The position numbers were made by a program, and so were the translations under genes. From assembly GCF_964355755.1 (NCBI RefSeq), contig NC_092679.1, forward strand, positions 11,701,432-11,765,431: a stretch of 64,000 bases of DNA. The letters run 5' to 3'. The notes under the pieces are model-generated. The model saw only the letters and a list, made by a program, of their open reading frames with translations. It searched no databases and was not told where the DNA came from. This DNA is from Antedon mediterranea. Its lineage: Eukaryota; Animalia; Echinodermata. Below are positions 61,545-64,000 of this stretch, in pieces; the stretch's first letter is position 1, and every line of letters begins with the position of its first letter.

Positions 61545-63520
61545 TTCGGTTCAATGTAACCGTCTAGAAAGTGCTCAATACGGTAAAGTAGAGCTAAAAT
61601 ATATACGTTAAGTCTGGAAAATAAGTAAAAACTACAGTTTGGTCTCTACAGGCTTGTTTTGTGAGTCGTGCAACTCACTCATCAGGAGACTATAATGAGA
61701 AGAATCAATTACAACGCTGCTTATAAGCACATTTACTTGTAGAATTAGCATTTACAGGTGATATGTTTTGGAATGTCAGCTGTTATGTAACAATGCTTTC
61801 TTTCTGTGCCGGCAGGCGGACACAAGTTCGTTACGTTTGTTTAATGTCGATAATTCAGGGTGGCGGATGATAAATAATTTCTCTTTGAGGCAGAGATTGC
61901 ATTTTTTGTTTGCGCTACTATATGCTTTAGTAGATGTCAAGATGCGCCATGAGATTGTATAGTCTGTGTTATTGTCCTTGAGTGTCCAAATATGTTTACT
62001 GAGTTCAGTTGAGTTTCTAGAACGTGAATTACGGAATGATGAGGTGTGATTTCTGTATCGTGTTTTAAAATCATTTTCAGTTAGTCGGCAGTTGCATGTT
62101 TTGTTTTCTTGCGTGTTTTCCACGGATGTTGTTTCGGGCTGGTTGAGTATTCTCTTGTTGTGACTGTCTATTATCTGTTTCATATTGTTCATACAACTGT
62201 AGCTAATCTTGATAGTGTTTCGGTTGAAGATTTTTCTTAGTTTGTTATCTTTTGGAAAATGTTTGTCTACTAGGGATAGGAATTTCTGTCCAATGTTTGT
62301 GCTGACGTTTTTGCTGAACGGTGGGTTGTACCACAGAATGTCTTTTCGTTGTCTGTTTTTTCGTCTTGTCTGGATTACCGGCTCGTATTTTAGTGTGTAC
62401 TGGTATCCACTGTCGTTGAGAGTTTTCTGGTATACAGGGGCGGCTTGGTCGAATGAATTCTTGTCGGATGACAAGGACGAGAGTCGTCTGTTTATTCCGG
62501 CGGGTATATTATTTAGGATGGTCGGTGGGTGGTTACTTTGTTGATGGATATACTGTAACGTGGCGTTTGGTTTGGTGTAGGGCTGGTATGTGTTCTTCGC
62601 TAGGTTGAGTGTGACGTCTAAGAAGTTGATGACTTGTTTGTTTGCTTCTATGGTAATGCGTAGGCCGTTATTTATTTAATATTTGGCATATGTCTTTTTT
62701 AATATTTTCTGTGCTTTTATGTGTGGTGTCTGTGACTGCAAGGCCGTCATCTCTGTAAAGTCCTATGTTGATTCCTAGTTTCTGTTGTAATTGGTGTAAC
62801 AGGAAGCTTCCAACAAGTTCACATGTTTCTGCGCCATCATAACTACCCATAGTCACATCGAATGCTGTGGGGCCTTTCTTTTGCCATGGTTGCTGTTTGT
62901 GTGATAGTACTGATTTTTTGGTATGTACGATGATGTCTCTTTCGTCGTTGGTAATATCATCGTATCTTTTAGCGAAGTCTAGTGCTTTATTCAGCAGGTC
63001 ATTGCTGATAGAGGGGTAAAATTCTACGATGTCGAAGCATATAAAGTTGTGTTGTTGTTTCTTGTCGATGCTCTTAAACCATTCGATGACCGATGAGGTA
63101 TTTTTCCATTGATTGGTGCAAAGTTTTGATGTAATTTTGCTGTTAATACAATCGAGTATAGTTTTGCTTATCTTGCCTATCTCGGATTTGGTCGGGTTTA
63201 TTAATCGGCAAGTAGGTTTGTTAGTGAAGTTCGGTTTGTGGTCTTTGAGGGTTATGAAAGCATCTTTATTTGCAGTTGTATCCACTCTGTCAGCGATGTT
63301 CAATTTTGTTGCAATACTTTTGTTTTTTCTATGAATCGTCTGTACGAGTGCAGGTTCTGCTTTCTTGTATGATTTGGTGATGTTTTCTTCTAGGAGGTTG
63401 TCATACGTCGGTGGGTCTAGTTTGTAGAAATTTGTGGTTTTGTCGGCTGCAATTAGAAGTTTGGGCTCGTTTTCAATTTTCTTGGAGTCGGTTTTTAACT
63501 TGTTGAGTAGAGGGTTGTCT
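61545..63520 (-). mobile_element. 5'-truncated Penelope-like element, second clade (possibly Nematis-like), frameshifted
   Basis: RT ADKT, LKDHK, CRLINP, FDIVEFYPSI, MGSYDGAETCELVG, LYRDDGL, NFLDV; C-terminal WYNPPF...FKTRYRNH...CNLCLKEK; flanked by TA/TACA microsatellites. Confidence 0.88.
61642..61690 (-). ncRNA. Mutated type I hammerhead in Penelope 3' region
   Basis: GTCTC-CTGATGA-GTGAGT TGCACG ACTCAC-AAAA-CAAGCCTG-TA-GAGAC; GAAA changed to AAAA. Confidence 0.7.
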
Positions 63521-64000
63521 ACATACATATATATATGTATGTATATATACACATTAGGCAATGAACATGTATATATATATATATACATACACACATATAC
63601 ATATATACATACATATATACACACAAACTCATCAGACAATAAACATTAATTCTAAACAGCCCAGCGATATACTGAAATGTTAATTAATTAATTTGAAACG
63701 ATAAAGATGAGGAAATATAATATAAATATATAGCCAATATAGACTATTCTCAGTTATATATGTAAGGATGTGGACGACAACACAAAAGGAAAAACACGCC
63801 TTTTCTCACTTTTACCACGGTCCGGTGGTGTATTTGGTTTTAATTTGTTTTTAGCATAACAATAGAGATCAGTATGGTCCTGAAAACCACATAATAAATA
63901 CAATGAGAAACAAAAGTAAATAATATTCTAAAATACAAGCCAATTCTTAGTAACGACCTCAACTTAACAGGCGACTCTAATAAAAAGGATTCTCTCTGAG

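Overview
AT-rich, spliced, transposon-dense metazoan DNA; the repeat mix suggests a marine invertebrate, possibly an echinoderm (inference). The only host genes I can support are two tandem 5-coding-exon METTL27/WBSCR27-like SAM methyltransferase paralogs on the + strand (11305-14839 and 30999-33002). The rest is mobile DNA: two Academ DNA transposons, non-autonomous hAT, Kolobok, Sola-like and 6-bp-TSD foldback elements, Helitron/Helentron pieces, a near full-length L2/Crack LINE, an RTE-X LINE nested in a decayed Gypsy, a young Gmr1-type Gypsy (INT before RT) with a solo LTR, two Penelope-like elements, tRNA- and 5S-derived SINEs and several hammerhead ribozyme motifs. Best leads: (1) both Academ families have ends whose terminal spacers differ by exactly 10 bp, a possible 12/23-like pairing rule; (2) repeated GGCCTA micro-insertions at TA sites, visible by paralog comparison, that look like an excision footprint; (3) a (TA)n-associated repeat carrying a complete tRNA cloverleaf with an ATC anticodon; (4) exon-limited homogenisation between the two methyltransferase paralogs. 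All coordinates and counts are by eye; no searches were run.
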